Assembly: GCA_039024555.1 (NCBI GenBank) | Contig: JBCCQQ010000043.1 | Location: 1 to 55,806 of the forward strand | From: Cyanobacteria bacterium P01_D01_bin.156 | GTDB taxonomy: Bacteria; Cyanobacteriota; Cyanobacteriia; Phormidesmidales; Phormidesmidaceae | Direction of reading: 5' to 3' | DNA: 55,806 bases | Shown: in pieces, positions 35,627 through 45,476 of the stretch | How the letters are laid out: every line of letters starts with the position of its first letter | How positions within the stretch are numbered: the first letter of the stretch is position 1 | Notes under the pieces: model-generated | The model's database searches: none | The model's input: the letters and a program-made list of their open reading frames with translations, nothing else | Told to the model about the DNA's origin: nothing | Translations under genes and position numbers: made by a program

Positions 35627-38600
35627 TATTGAAATAACCTATCAAGGTATTGTAGGCGGGTTAGAAGGATATTTTAATGCCCTGCTAACACCAGAAAATA
35701 GAGCTATCGCCGAGATAACATCTAACTCAACAAATCTATTATTAAAAGGCTCCGCACAAACCCTGGGACAGCTTCAATCAGTAAAAAAAGTTGTAGATTC
35801 GGGAAACCCCCAACGGGAAGTGATGGTACAATTTACCGCCTTTTCAATCGGGGTGATTGCAGGGAAACTTGCTAAGTTAGGAATAGGAAGAGCTGGCGCT
35901 ACTGATCTGCAAAAAAATGTATTAGGAGGCATAACTGCTGGAATAGTTACTACAACCTTTGCAGAAGATCTTGCCCAAAAAATGTTCCCAGAAGATTGGA
36001 CATTCTCAAAAGCATCTGTCGGTATTTTTGAGTTCTACATCGAAGGTATCAGGGTGGCATTTAACGGTGTTGGGAGTGTCATAGATACAGTTATAGGAGA
36101 ATCTGACTTATCCGCTGCTGAGAAACAGGCACTGAGCAATGAGTTAAAAGGCGCAATTGAGATAGAAATACAAAAAATTACAGCACCCGATATCATCACT
36201 TCATTAGAGAATAATGTATTCGCTTTTGCAAAAGATGCCTACTTAGTTGATCCTGACATCGTATACCAATACTCCTATACCGATGAGCAAGGCAATCTAA
36301 CGCAACAAGATATTACTTTGTATGACCTGATCATGCAGAATGTATCGGAAGAAGCCACCAACATGGCAGAAATGATCTGGGAGGGTACCAACGGCCAGCG
36401 GTATGCCGTCATTACCCCCGATTCTTTCATTACCCTAAACGGCACACAATATAAAATTGCAGGTATCCCCATAGATGCCAAAGAGGACGAACGCACCGTT
36501 TCATCCGATGGTGACACACCAACTATTCTTCTTGGTTCTAAAGAAGATGACATGCTCTATTCCAATGGGCCTGGTGATATTGTTCTCGCTGGCCCTGGTG
36601 ACGACACCCTTGTTGGTGCAGTGATCACGGAAGAACAACATGACGAGGCACCTGCTTACGAAGCCTTCTCTTTCCTTTTCGGGGGTGAAGGCAGCGATCA
36701 ATACTACACAGGTAATTATTCCTATGTGATTGATGATGGTAATGGCGACAGCATTACCTTTGAACCGCCTAAAGGGGAAGAAGACTTTCACTCAATCCCT
36801 GTCGATGGTAGCTCTAGGGTTTTTCCAGACGCTACCCCATTCCCTTTTGTGGGCGACACGGGTATTGTCACTTTTACATCCAATACCAATACACCTATTG
36901 GCATGGTGAGCTTTGATGAAAGCGATACGTACCTGCTCGATGCTGATGCTACCGTGTTCACCCATGATGGAACAGAAGGGTATGTGACGCCAAATGGACG
37001 ACAGACCATTGGTTTTACCAATGGCCCTAACCCAGTTACCCACGAGTTATTGGCTGGCCTTACCTACTTTCAATATGAAGGTGCCACGGTTGTAGAGCGT
37101 CCGTATTTTATGGATGTAGATTTAGAAGGACGTATTGCCACACTAGGGGAAGGCGACCGCTTCTTTATTAGTAAGCCTAATGGTGACACCCTAAGCCCTG
37201 GCGACTTTGGCATCCATTATCAATATACTGAATTCTATTATCACCCTAGCTGGGACCCAACGATAGAATCGGATACACCGATACTAGAATATGATATTGG
37301 GATTCGTGAATATACAGGGACTGAACAACCTGAGTACCTTAGCAGGGATACCACAAAGTTTGATGGTCAATTGCAAGGTATCAATGATGATTTAGCCTTG
37401 GCATCTCTTAGTAAGGTAGGCCCTAACCAAGACGTACCTACTTTTGAGATTACTGATACCTTCCCAAACTTCTTCGACGGCCCATTTGAAATCACCCCAC
37501 CTTCCACTGATTTCAGCACTGAAACCTTAGACATCACCGTTAAAGGAGATACGTACATTGATTATGCACGTTTCAACGTGACGGTGGATGGCACCATGGT
37601 GGCCCGTGAACTCGCGGCAACCCAAGCCAATTGGCAAGAAGGCACCACCTTCTCTCTGCAAGTGCCAGGGCTGCAACCTGACAGCCGTGTTGAAATTGAA
37701 TTCACCAATGATATCGACGATGGTACCTGGGATACCAACAGAAACCTCTATGTGACTGCCGTTAGTATTGCGGGACAAGAACAAGACCTGAATACAGGAA
37801 CCTTCACCGCCAATGGCTTAACCAGTCAGAACAGCGGTAACCTTTGGGTGAATGGGACATTTGTCCTTAACCCCGATGGCCCTGCTAATCCAGGTGGGAA
37901 TACAGGTAACAGCCAGGATGCTCCCGCCACCATCGTCATACTTGCTAATGGGGAAACCTCCCCACAAGGCCCTGTCTTTGATTTACTGATTGATGGCCAA
38001 GTCGTTGCGGCCAATAATCAGGTGACTGCCCTCAACTGGCAAGCACCACAGTTGTTCACCTTCAATGTCCCTACGTTGTATAGCGATAGCCGTATTGAAG
38101 TGGCTTACAAGAACGATGCTGGCGCTGCTGAACGGAATTTGTACATCAAAGATGTGCAGGTTAATGGGGCTACCCTTGATCGAAACACAGCCACCTTTGA
38201 GGCTAATGGCATGAGTAGTGCCAACACAGGGAACCTATGGGTCGATGGTAGCTTTGTGATTGAACCAGGGGAAGCCGCTACCCCTCGCCCTACATCCACT
38301 GGGAATGGAGCCTCTAGCATTGTTGTAGAAGCCAGTGGTACGTCTTGGAACGGTGACCCTGTTTTTCAATTGTTTGTTGATGGACAGCAAGTGGGCAATG
38401 ACACCGCTGTGTCTGCAACTTTCGGCCAGAACGTTGATCGCTTTACCTTCAGTACGCTTGCCCTGACATCTGCCAGTGTCATTGAGGTCAAGTACATCAA
38501 CGATGCTAACAATGGTAATCCTAATGAAGACCGTAACCTGAATATCAATGCGATTGAGGTCAATGGCACTACTTTAGATGCTGGGCAATCCATCTACACC

Positions 38601-39035
38601 TCTTGGGGGCAGTCCACGGTCGGTCAACAGTTCATGTTCGGTATTGGCGACATCACCTACAACATGGCCGATAATCCTGGTGTATCCCTTGGTGGTGCTA
38701 GTGATCCACTAACGAATCCATTTGATGCGAACAACACGCTACGCGGCCAAGGTGTTGGAGATATTCTCATCAATCCTTACAACAGAGCCGATGCCCATGG
38801 TGGAGCCATCTTAACAGGAGGTAATGGCGCTGATACGTTTGTGTATGGCTTAGGAGACGGTGCAGTGGTGATTACTGATTTCCAAGATGACGTAGACAAT
38901 TTGCAACTCATCGCTGGGCAGTCAGACTATGTCACCCGCGATGTGTTGAATGGTACATTCTACGACTTTGGTAATAACCAAGGCGTGCTTGTAGCTGGGA
39001 TTGCTGCACAGGCACTGCAAAACGATCTCGTGTAA
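35613..39035 (+). CDS. Large secreted RTX-type Ca-binding protein with three Ca-dependent carbohydrate-binding-like modules
   Basis: GPGDDTL, GGEGSDQY and GGNGADTF nonapeptides; three repeats F.(V/L).(V/I)DG...IE(I/V).(F/Y).ND...RNL.(V/I)...V; C-terminal VITDFQDDVD.L type I secretion-like tail. Confidence 0.82.
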   Translation: MTSNNIEITYQGIVGGLEGYFNALLTPENRAIAEITSNSTNLLLKGSAQTLGQLQSVKKVVDSGNPQREVMVQFTAFSIGVIAGKLAKLGIGRAGATDLQKNVLGGITAGIVTTTFAEDLAQKMFPEDWTFSKASVGIFEFYIEGIRVAFNGVGSVIDTVIGESDLSAAEKQALSNELKGAIEIEIQKITAPDIITSLENNVFAFAKDAYLVDPDIVYQYSYTDEQGNLTQQDITLYDLIMQNVSEEATNMAEMIWEGTNGQRYAVITPDSFITLNGTQYKIAGIPIDAKEDERTVSSDGDTPTILLGSKEDDMLYSNGPGDIVLAGPGDDTLVGAVITEEQHDEAPAYEAFSFLFGGEGSDQYYTGNYSYVIDDGNGDSITFEPPKGEEDFHSIPVDGSSRVFPDATPFPFVGDTGIVTFTSNTNTPIGMVSFDESDTYLLDADATVFTHDGTEGYVTPNGRQTIGFTNGPNPVTHELLAGLTYFQYEGATVVERPYFMDVDLEGRIATLGEGDRFFISKPNGDTLSPGDFGIHYQYTEFYYHPSWDPTIESDTPILEYDIGIREYTGTEQPEYLSRDTTKFDGQLQGINDDLALASLSKVGPNQDVPTFEITDTFPNFFDGPFEITPPSTDFSTETLDITVKGDTYIDYARFNVTVDGTMVARELAATQANWQEGTTFSLQVPGLQPDSRVEIEFTNDIDDGTWDTNRNLYVTAVSIAGQEQDLNTGTFTANGLTSQNSGNLWVNGTFVLNPDGPANPGGNTGNSQDAPATIVILANGETSPQGPVFDLLIDGQVVAANNQVTALNWQAPQLFTFNVPTLYSDSRIEVAYKNDAGAAERNLYIKDVQVNGATLDRNTATFEANGMSSANTGNLWVDGSFVIEPGEAATPRPTSTGNGASSIVVEASGTSWNGDPVFQLFVDGQQVGNDTAVSATFGQNVDRFTFSTLALTSASVIEVKYINDANNGNPNEDRNLNINAIEVNGTTLDAGQSIYTSWGQSTVGQQFMFGIGDITYNMADNPGVSLGGASDPLTNPFDANNTLRGQGVGDILINPYNRADAHGGAILTGGNGADTFVYGLGDGAVVITDFQDDVDNLQLIAGQSDYVTRDVLNGTFYDFGNNQGVLVAGIAAQALQNDLV

Positions 39036-39155
39036 ACCTCAAGGTGTGTTTGGGTATTTGATGTAGGGATTATTTGTAACAGTATCAACAATTAAGCACT
39101 ACACCCTACATTCAGAGATTGAGTCGGCTTTTACGCCCTCCTATCGTTCCAGCTA

Positions 39156-39899
39156 ATGTTTCGCCTGGAGCGGTTTACCGTGCCTACTATCAATCCCAAT
39201 GAAGACAAAGGGTACTATCGTCACCCAAGTGGCGTTTTAATTCTCGGAGACAGCATCGATAAGATGCGGTGTATGCCGAGTCGTAGTGTTGACTTCATTC
39301 TGACTGATCCACCGTACCTCGTGAATTACAAATCACGGGATGGTCGGTCTATCAGTAATGATATCCATGATGATTGGTTGCAGCCTGCCTTTGAAGAGGC
39401 ATTTCGCTTATTGAAACCTGACAGCTTTGCAGTCAGCTTCTATGGCTGGTCAAAATGTGATCGCTTCATGCATGCCTGGCGTAAAGCTGGGTTTCGCATG
39501 GTCGGCCACTTCTCCTTCATCAAGGATTACAGTTCTAGCCAGTCTTTTGTGTCTTACTGCCACGAGGGAGCGTTTTTGCTGATAAAGGGTGACCCAGCCA
39601 AGCCTGAAAACCCCATCAAGGACGTTATTCCATTCGAGTTCACAGGTAATGCGTTACACCCAACGCAGAAGCCTGTGGAGGCACTCAGAACCCTCATACG
39701 CAGCTTTTGCCCACCAGGTGGCACTGTGCTTGACCCTTTCTGTGGGTCTGGCTCAACAGCAGCCGCTGCGATCGCAGAAAACCGAGAGTTTGTCACTGTC
39801 GAGTTGATGCGTGAATACTACGACAAAGCTAGAGAGCGTCTTGAGAAGGTGCAAGCGCCGCCTATCAAGCGTCAACCAGCCCTCAAGGTCGTTTCATGA
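39156..39899 (+). CDS. Orphan N6-adenine/N4-cytosine DNA methyltransferase (beta class)
   Basis: ILTDPPY, HPTQKPV and VLDPFCGSGST motifs. Confidence 0.92.
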   Translation: MFRLERFTVPTINPNEDKGYYRHPSGVLILGDSIDKMRCMPSRSVDFILTDPPYLVNYKSRDGRSISNDIHDDWLQPAFEEAFRLLKPDSFAVSFYGWSKCDRFMHAWRKAGFRMVGHFSFIKDYSSSQSFVSYCHEGAFLLIKGDPAKPENPIKDVIPFEFTGNALHPTQKPVEALRTLIRSFCPPGGTVLDPFCGSGSTAAAAIAENREFVTVELMREYYDKARERLEKVQAPPIKRQPALKVVS

Positions 39900-39913
39900 G
39901 TCTATTCATGGTT

Positions 39914-39945
39914 AGTCCCTCTTCAATCGTTTGGGGAGGGACTTT
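39914..39945 (+). terminator. Probable intrinsic terminator after the MTase
   Basis: agtccctcttc...ggggaggggact hairpin followed by a short T run. Confidence 0.5.
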
Positions 39946-39991
39946 CATGCCATGCTATTGCAGTTCTACAAACAATCGGTAGGGTGTTCCT

Positions 39992-41020
39992 ATGGACACC
40001 GAGTACACCTATCCCATTGGCTCAAATGGCGACATTCCATATCGAGTCGTCATTGGTTGGTCTGATACAGAGCAGTCCTATTTTTCGAGAGTTGAAACAG
40101 ATACACTGGAACCAAGGACTGTCTGGCAGTTTGAACCAGCTGTAACCTCCATGACACCGCTATTAGACGTCCTTGCACTCACACAGATAGAAGCTCGTAA
40201 GTGTACCAGCATAGAGCAATTTGAATTACCAGAAGACGATATCAATGCGCTCATCGAAGCAACGCGCCAGCGCCTGGTAGACCCTTCAGAAATTCAACCG
40301 CTGAACATGTTAGACACTGACTATGCTAAAGCTCCTATCTATGGCAATACGCCCTCTCCAGCACTAGTCCATCAGCAACTCCCTTTTGAACAGTTTTTAG
40401 CCATCATTGATGATGGCCGAAGCACGTCACAGTTCAGCAATGATGCCCCATATGATGATTTGGAGCAGATGGTTGCCGACAGTCTTTTTGAACTGCAAAC
40501 CTGCGTTAGCTATCTCAGCACATCTCTAACAAATGAACAACGTTGCCATCTTGGTCTCGTGTTCACAGCGTGCCAACTCATACAGATTAACCAAAGCCTT
40601 AATTTAAGCTTCTCTCACGATCGCATGCATCATATAGCTATTGAATCAGAGAGCCCCATAGCTACCCTACATAACCTCTTTACCCCAGATGAAATCGACC
40701 GCATTAATGCCCTTACTGTTAGCCTTTGTGGTTCTAAATTAACCGACTTTAGGCAAGCCCTTGAGCGGGGTTATGATCCTACCAACGGTGCGCCGCTGGA
40801 CTGTCCAAACCCTGTATCTTTTAACTGGGCCGATACAGTAGAAGATGACGCCATCGGGCTTTACCAGCAATACGGGTTATCCCTAGATGATGCTCAACAT
40901 ATGGTCGATATTGAGCGAACCGATCCACGCTATAGGGCTCCTGAAGACTGGGCGTTTTTGGAAAGTACCGCACAACGCTTAAGAGCTATTAGTGAGCGTA
41001 GGCGTGAGGGTATGGAGTAG
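39992..41020 (+). CDS. Hypothetical protein
   Basis: 342-aa acidic ORF. Confidence 0.7.
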   Translation: MDTEYTYPIGSNGDIPYRVVIGWSDTEQSYFSRVETDTLEPRTVWQFEPAVTSMTPLLDVLALTQIEARKCTSIEQFELPEDDINALIEATRQRLVDPSEIQPLNMLDTDYAKAPIYGNTPSPALVHQQLPFEQFLAIIDDGRSTSQFSNDAPYDDLEQMVADSLFELQTCVSYLSTSLTNEQRCHLGLVFTACQLIQINQSLNLSFSHDRMHHIAIESESPIATLHNLFTPDEIDRINALTVSLCGSKLTDFRQALERGYDPTNGAPLDCPNPVSFNWADTVEDDAIGLYQQYGLSLDDAQHMVDIERTDPRYRAPEDWAFLESTAQRLRAISERRREGME

Positions 41021-41452
41021 CTATCGCACGGTGCTCTTTGCTGCCAATTGCGCCAGATATTCCTCATCAGTCATCTCTAAATCCACTATCTGTGGTGGGG
41101 GGTTCTTCAACCTATCTAGGACATATTCAGGATCACGAGGAAAGCCCTCAAGGCCTAGTTCATCTAGCTTTTCATGTAGAGCCTGGAACATGGCTTCAAA
41201 TCCATAAATTGGCCCCATAATATCGTCAGAATACAAGAAACGTTCACTGTAGTTACCAACAAAAACAGAATACCTATTACGTCTTGGATTAAATCCTAGA
41301 ATTGCTGTGATTCCACTATCGAAATCAACCGTAAGATCAACATAAAAGGCTTGGAACGAAATATAATCTTGACCTGTCATCAAACACTCTTTCAAAAAAG
41401 GAGTGTTATAACAAAAAACCAAATGCCAGTGAACCCTTGTCCTACAAAGCAT
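41021..41452 (-). CDS. Hypothetical protein
   Basis: Acidic ORF; the start is probably the internal MTGQDY (about 41380). Confidence 0.6.
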   Translation of the reverse strand: MLCRTRVHWHLVFCYNTPFLKECLMTGQDYISFQAFYVDLTVDFDSGITAILGFNPRRNRYSVFVGNYSERFLYSDDIMGPIYGFEAMFQALHEKLDELGLEGFPRDPEYVLDRLKNPPPQIVDLEMTDEEYLAQLAAKSTVR

Positions 41453-44400
41453 TAAAGCTGAATAGCTCAGTTAATAATTCATTACGATAACGGCCAGGAA
41501 ACACAGATGACTTGTGCATTTCTCCTTTTTCCATCACCTCAACAATTGCCTCACTGCACCTTTCTAAGTAGAGGAACAAATAGCCATTAAACTGATGCTT
41601 ATGCTCATGGCGGTTAGCATCACTATACAGGCCACCAAGCAATGCTTTTACCTCCGTGCAACGCGACTTTTTATCATCAGAGGTGTAACACCTGAGCGCA
41701 GCACAAGCCGCAGCCATCACACAACCAATGTCAGTGACCTCAGCAATCTTCAGCGGAAACAGGTTCCATACGCTCATGGCATGCTTATCAAGCAGGTCAT
41801 TCTCGATGCCCTGGTCATCTTTCTCTAGCTGACGGCTGATATGCCTTATGCCATTTTCATCAATACTTACATCGCATCCGTTTCCAGCCAAGGCGTAGGC
41901 ATACGTGAATAATCTATAGCAATGCTCTAGCTTAGAATCCCATTGTTCTGGGGTTGCTACGTCTTCTTCAAACTCCTCAGCAGCATCACTACAAAGATGA
42001 TACAGCCCCCGTATCAGGAATAAGTGGCAAGACTGCGGTCCAAACAGGTAAATGATTTCACTACTGTTGGGGTTATCACTATCTACCCATCCTCGCTTAA
42101 TTGATAGGTACCGCATATCCAAATCCAGCACGCCTTTTTCGGGCTTATAACCAGGTACGTCATCGTTAATTGTTTCCCTTATTTGCGGTAGGGACTCTAC
42201 TGTGCAGTTCCCATAGGGTTGAGCTTTAATGGATATGCCACTTTTTTCTTTGGTCGCGTGATAACACTGCTTACCCGTTTCCGCGTACTGAATCAGACAG
42301 TGGTTTCTAAGACTCTTGGCCCAGGCTAGGCTCTGATGCTTATTAAATGTCCCCTTTCGCCCGAGTTGGCTCAGGCTCGCATCAATTCGCAACCTACCAT
42401 CCCCAATGGTAAACGCCGTCATCAACCAGGCTCGACACTGATAGGCAGTGCAAATGACATACAAGACGTCATCCCCATCACACCCCGCGTATACACGCGC
42501 TCGTTCCAACAGGTACAAACGATTACGGTTTGAATGTTCAGGAGAATCACGCCTAGTCGTGTTATCTAAAACAAGGGGTGTATATACAGATTTATCTGGC
42601 GGAACGATGCTCGGATACCAGAACAACAACATCGCTCGATGCAGATAAATTTGTGCTAATAGCTGATAATAGGGCCTAGCTGTTGCCTGATGCGACTGCT
42701 CAATCATATGGTATTTAAGCAGTCGCACGGTTAAATGTTGCTCTGCCCGTATCAAACGCGTCCACGCTTGCTCGATTAAATCAGTCCGAGTAATTCGTTC
42801 CTTTTCTAATACGTTATGCTCCAAAGCGTTTAGGCAATATCTTCTATCGCGCTGCGCCACTTCCCCATCTAATACCGTGAAATATCGAGCAAGGCACATC
42901 TCATACCTTGCCATCAGCTGGCCAGACACCACATGAAATGGCATCGGCTCCTTTAAAGTACTGCTGAAGTTTTTTTCATGCTCATCTAGTTTCTCACTAT
43001 TACATTCTTTAAGCCATGCAATCCCACTGATCGCGTCTTCGTTCAACGCATCATGGACTTTCTCAAGGTATTCATAAGCCCTGTTGTAGTTACCCTCTAC
43101 CAAGAAGGTTTCTGCCACGGTCAGTCGAGCGTTATGCACCACTGTCGTATCGGGCTTTCCTGCTAGCTCAGCTTTGTCCAGTAGCTGTTCATCCATCCAA
43201 CCAGATAACGCGAAAGATGAAAACGGATACCCTGTCAATAACCCCTGCGCCTGCTCCAACCAATACCGCTGTTCCACGCGATGCAATACACCTTGCAGAT
43301 ACTTTTTCTTATCAATGTCTGAGGCATTCACGATGGCCTCTAGCCGGGACAACATCACCGCATTCGCTAAACTCGTCACCATATCAATGTGGGTAAACGA
43401 TGCGCTCCCTCGTGCATCGCGGCCTGCAAAGACGTCATAACGTTTAATACCTTCATCTGGGTTCTTCGCCGTGGCCCTCATCGCCTTTATCAAGGTATCG
43501 TTACGGCACAACTGGACAAAGCTATGTGATACAGCCGCAGGCGACATCTGCTGATGCGCCTCCGCTTGCTTCACATAGATATCACGGGCAATCGGGTAGT
43601 AAATATCTCGCAGACAAGCAATATCAGACAACAAAGCCTGGTTCATTGCACGGGTTATCAAGCTACTGCTCCCCGACAATCCAGTTGTTGAAATCTCGAA
43701 ATGTAACCTTTTAGCCATGCCTACCGTGCTTTGCAAGCCCTCGGAGACCTCCCCATCTATACCAAGCCCCTGCTTATCTCCTTCTTTATTCAAGCGAATA
43801 TAAAAGTCTAATATCACCCGCATCACAGGACGTGACGGCAATTGCGTGAGCAATTTATCGATGGGTGCTCCACCAATCGCCTTCTCCTCATTTACTGTCA
43901 GTAAGGTGTCAGAAAACCAGCTCACCGTTGGGTCATCATCTGGTCTGGGGAGAGGAAACGGCCCAACTGGCTCTAATGCGACTTTCTTTAAATAGACTGG
44001 CAATTGATTCCGTAACTTATTATTTGCCTGTACGGTGGCACTCAACTGCTCGATAAAGTCTGTCCCAAGGTAATGACGAATATAAAATTGCTGAGTAACC
44101 TCCTCAGCATTTGGTTGCTTCAAAAACCGCGTCTGCCCTGTACCAGCTTGCAATAACAGTCGCTCAATCGCATGCTCGATACGGCTGATCTGTTGATCGC
44201 TTTCCCCATCCTGAATGATGAAACTGAGGTCTCCCACATATCCTTTGATCTGATCCAACGTTTCCTTAAATGCGGCACCAGTGCCCTTTTGAGATGGATT
44301 GTCCAGGGACAGTTCATAGACTTCCCTATACACATCTGGTACCGTCTCACCCTCAATCGTCGCTAAATTAATAAACGCTTTCTGTAATAGCGGGTGTTGG

Positions 44401-44894
44401 CTATGCACTGGCAGATTCAGTAATTGCAGTTCCTCTGGCGATAGCTGAGTAAACACCTGTAAGGCTTCTAACAGTTGGGCATTCGTCGGGACTGGCACCT
44501 CATTTCTATGGCGCTCACCATTAGTGCCCTTTTTGATGATGTATTTATTTTCTAAACGCTGACGCAGTCGATTGATGACTGCAACCAAGGTATTGATATT
44601 ATCAACAACCTCTCCCTTCCTAAATTTAGCGCCTTTAGTGGTCGCAGCACCCCGCTGCTCGTCAAAGTCATATCCAAACAAGTAATCGCCAAAAAATCGC
44701 GCACTATATGGCCTATCTGCTTTTTTATCTTCTGGTGGGGGCTCGTGAGGTACCTTGAGCAGCACCCGCACAATGTAATCAACAATGGCTAAGTGACGTG
44801 TTTGATTATGTGTAGCATCCTCTTTGATTGGATCATATGCTGGCTTTTTAATTTTCTTAGATGACTGATCTTCAGGCGATGTGGAGTTGGGCAT
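41442..44894 (-). CDS. Large helical (TPR-like) hypothetical protein, 1150 aa
   Basis: Uninterrupted ORF with TPR-like segments (ARLTVAETFLVEGNYNRAYEYLEKV; YQLLAQIYLHRA); no NTPase motif seen. Confidence 0.8.
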   Translation of the reverse strand: MPNSTSPEDQSSKKIKKPAYDPIKEDATHNQTRHLAIVDYIVRVLLKVPHEPPPEDKKADRPYSARFFGDYLFGYDFDEQRGAATTKGAKFRKGEVVDNINTLVAVINRLRQRLENKYIIKKGTNGERHRNEVPVPTNAQLLEALQVFTQLSPEELQLLNLPVHSQHPLLQKAFINLATIEGETVPDVYREVYELSLDNPSQKGTGAAFKETLDQIKGYVGDLSFIIQDGESDQQISRIEHAIERLLLQAGTGQTRFLKQPNAEEVTQQFYIRHYLGTDFIEQLSATVQANNKLRNQLPVYLKKVALEPVGPFPLPRPDDDPTVSWFSDTLLTVNEEKAIGGAPIDKLLTQLPSRPVMRVILDFYIRLNKEGDKQGLGIDGEVSEGLQSTVGMAKRLHFEISTTGLSGSSSLITRAMNQALLSDIACLRDIYYPIARDIYVKQAEAHQQMSPAAVSHSFVQLCRNDTLIKAMRATAKNPDEGIKRYDVFAGRDARGSASFTHIDMVTSLANAVMLSRLEAIVNASDIDKKKYLQGVLHRVEQRYWLEQAQGLLTGYPFSSFALSGWMDEQLLDKAELAGKPDTTVVHNARLTVAETFLVEGNYNRAYEYLEKVHDALNEDAISGIAWLKECNSEKLDEHEKNFSSTLKEPMPFHVVSGQLMARYEMCLARYFTVLDGEVAQRDRRYCLNALEHNVLEKERITRTDLIEQAWTRLIRAEQHLTVRLLKYHMIEQSHQATARPYYQLLAQIYLHRAMLLFWYPSIVPPDKSVYTPLVLDNTTRRDSPEHSNRNRLYLLERARVYAGCDGDDVLYVICTAYQCRAWLMTAFTIGDGRLRIDASLSQLGRKGTFNKHQSLAWAKSLRNHCLIQYAETGKQCYHATKEKSGISIKAQPYGNCTVESLPQIRETINDDVPGYKPEKGVLDLDMRYLSIKRGWVDSDNPNSSEIIYLFGPQSCHLFLIRGLYHLCSDAAEEFEEDVATPEQWDSKLEHCYRLFTYAYALAGNGCDVSIDENGIRHISRQLEKDDQGIENDLLDKHAMSVWNLFPLKIAEVTDIGCVMAAACAALRCYTSDDKKSRCTEVKALLGGLYSDANRHEHKHQFNGYLFLYLERCSEAIVEVMEKGEMHKSSVFPGRYRNELLTELFSFNAL

Positions 44895-45313
44895 AGGTGC
44901 TCAATAACATGTTCCATAATACGTACATTTACCTATGCAGGAATAGCTACAAGGGTAGTTTTCAACCTTGTGACGAAAAATGACAAGGTCAATTCAAAAA
45001 ATGTATTAAATGATACAAAATATTGTCGATTTAGCGCTGATTTCTACTCCAGTAGAATGTTCGAAGTCCTTTTTGGTAATCGGTTTGTACCAAAATGATT
45101 GAAAAAACAAGAGTCTGCATCAACCAAAAACACTGATAATAAAGGGGATAAGTCACTTTATCATTTCACCTCACAACACTTTTGGTATCCTTCCTATTTT
45201 TTCACCCAAGCATTGCCCTCTATATCAAGCGGATCTGGTGCAACGGTAGTACACATAAACTACTTAAATCCCTCTACGGTATCTAATAGACGGCATCAAC
45301 ACCGTTGCTAACC

Positions 45314-45361
45314 AGCAAGGGGTAGCACTTCAAAAAGGTTTGGCGGCCATGCTACCCCTGC
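45314..45361 (+). promoter_or_regulatory. TTGGCG-loop hairpin upstream of the coupling-protein operon
   Basis: ggggtagca...aaaggtttggcggcca...tgctacccc; the 16-mer aaaggtttggcggcca is identical to the one at about 17547. Confidence 0.5.
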
Positions 45362-45476
45362 TCCTTATTTTCTAATCTCTACTACCGCCTTCATCTCTAC
45401 CACAGCCAGCATGAAGCCTCTAGACAGGTAGCCGCTGGCTGACAGAATCGTTCGTCTATTTCTTCACGAGGCAACC

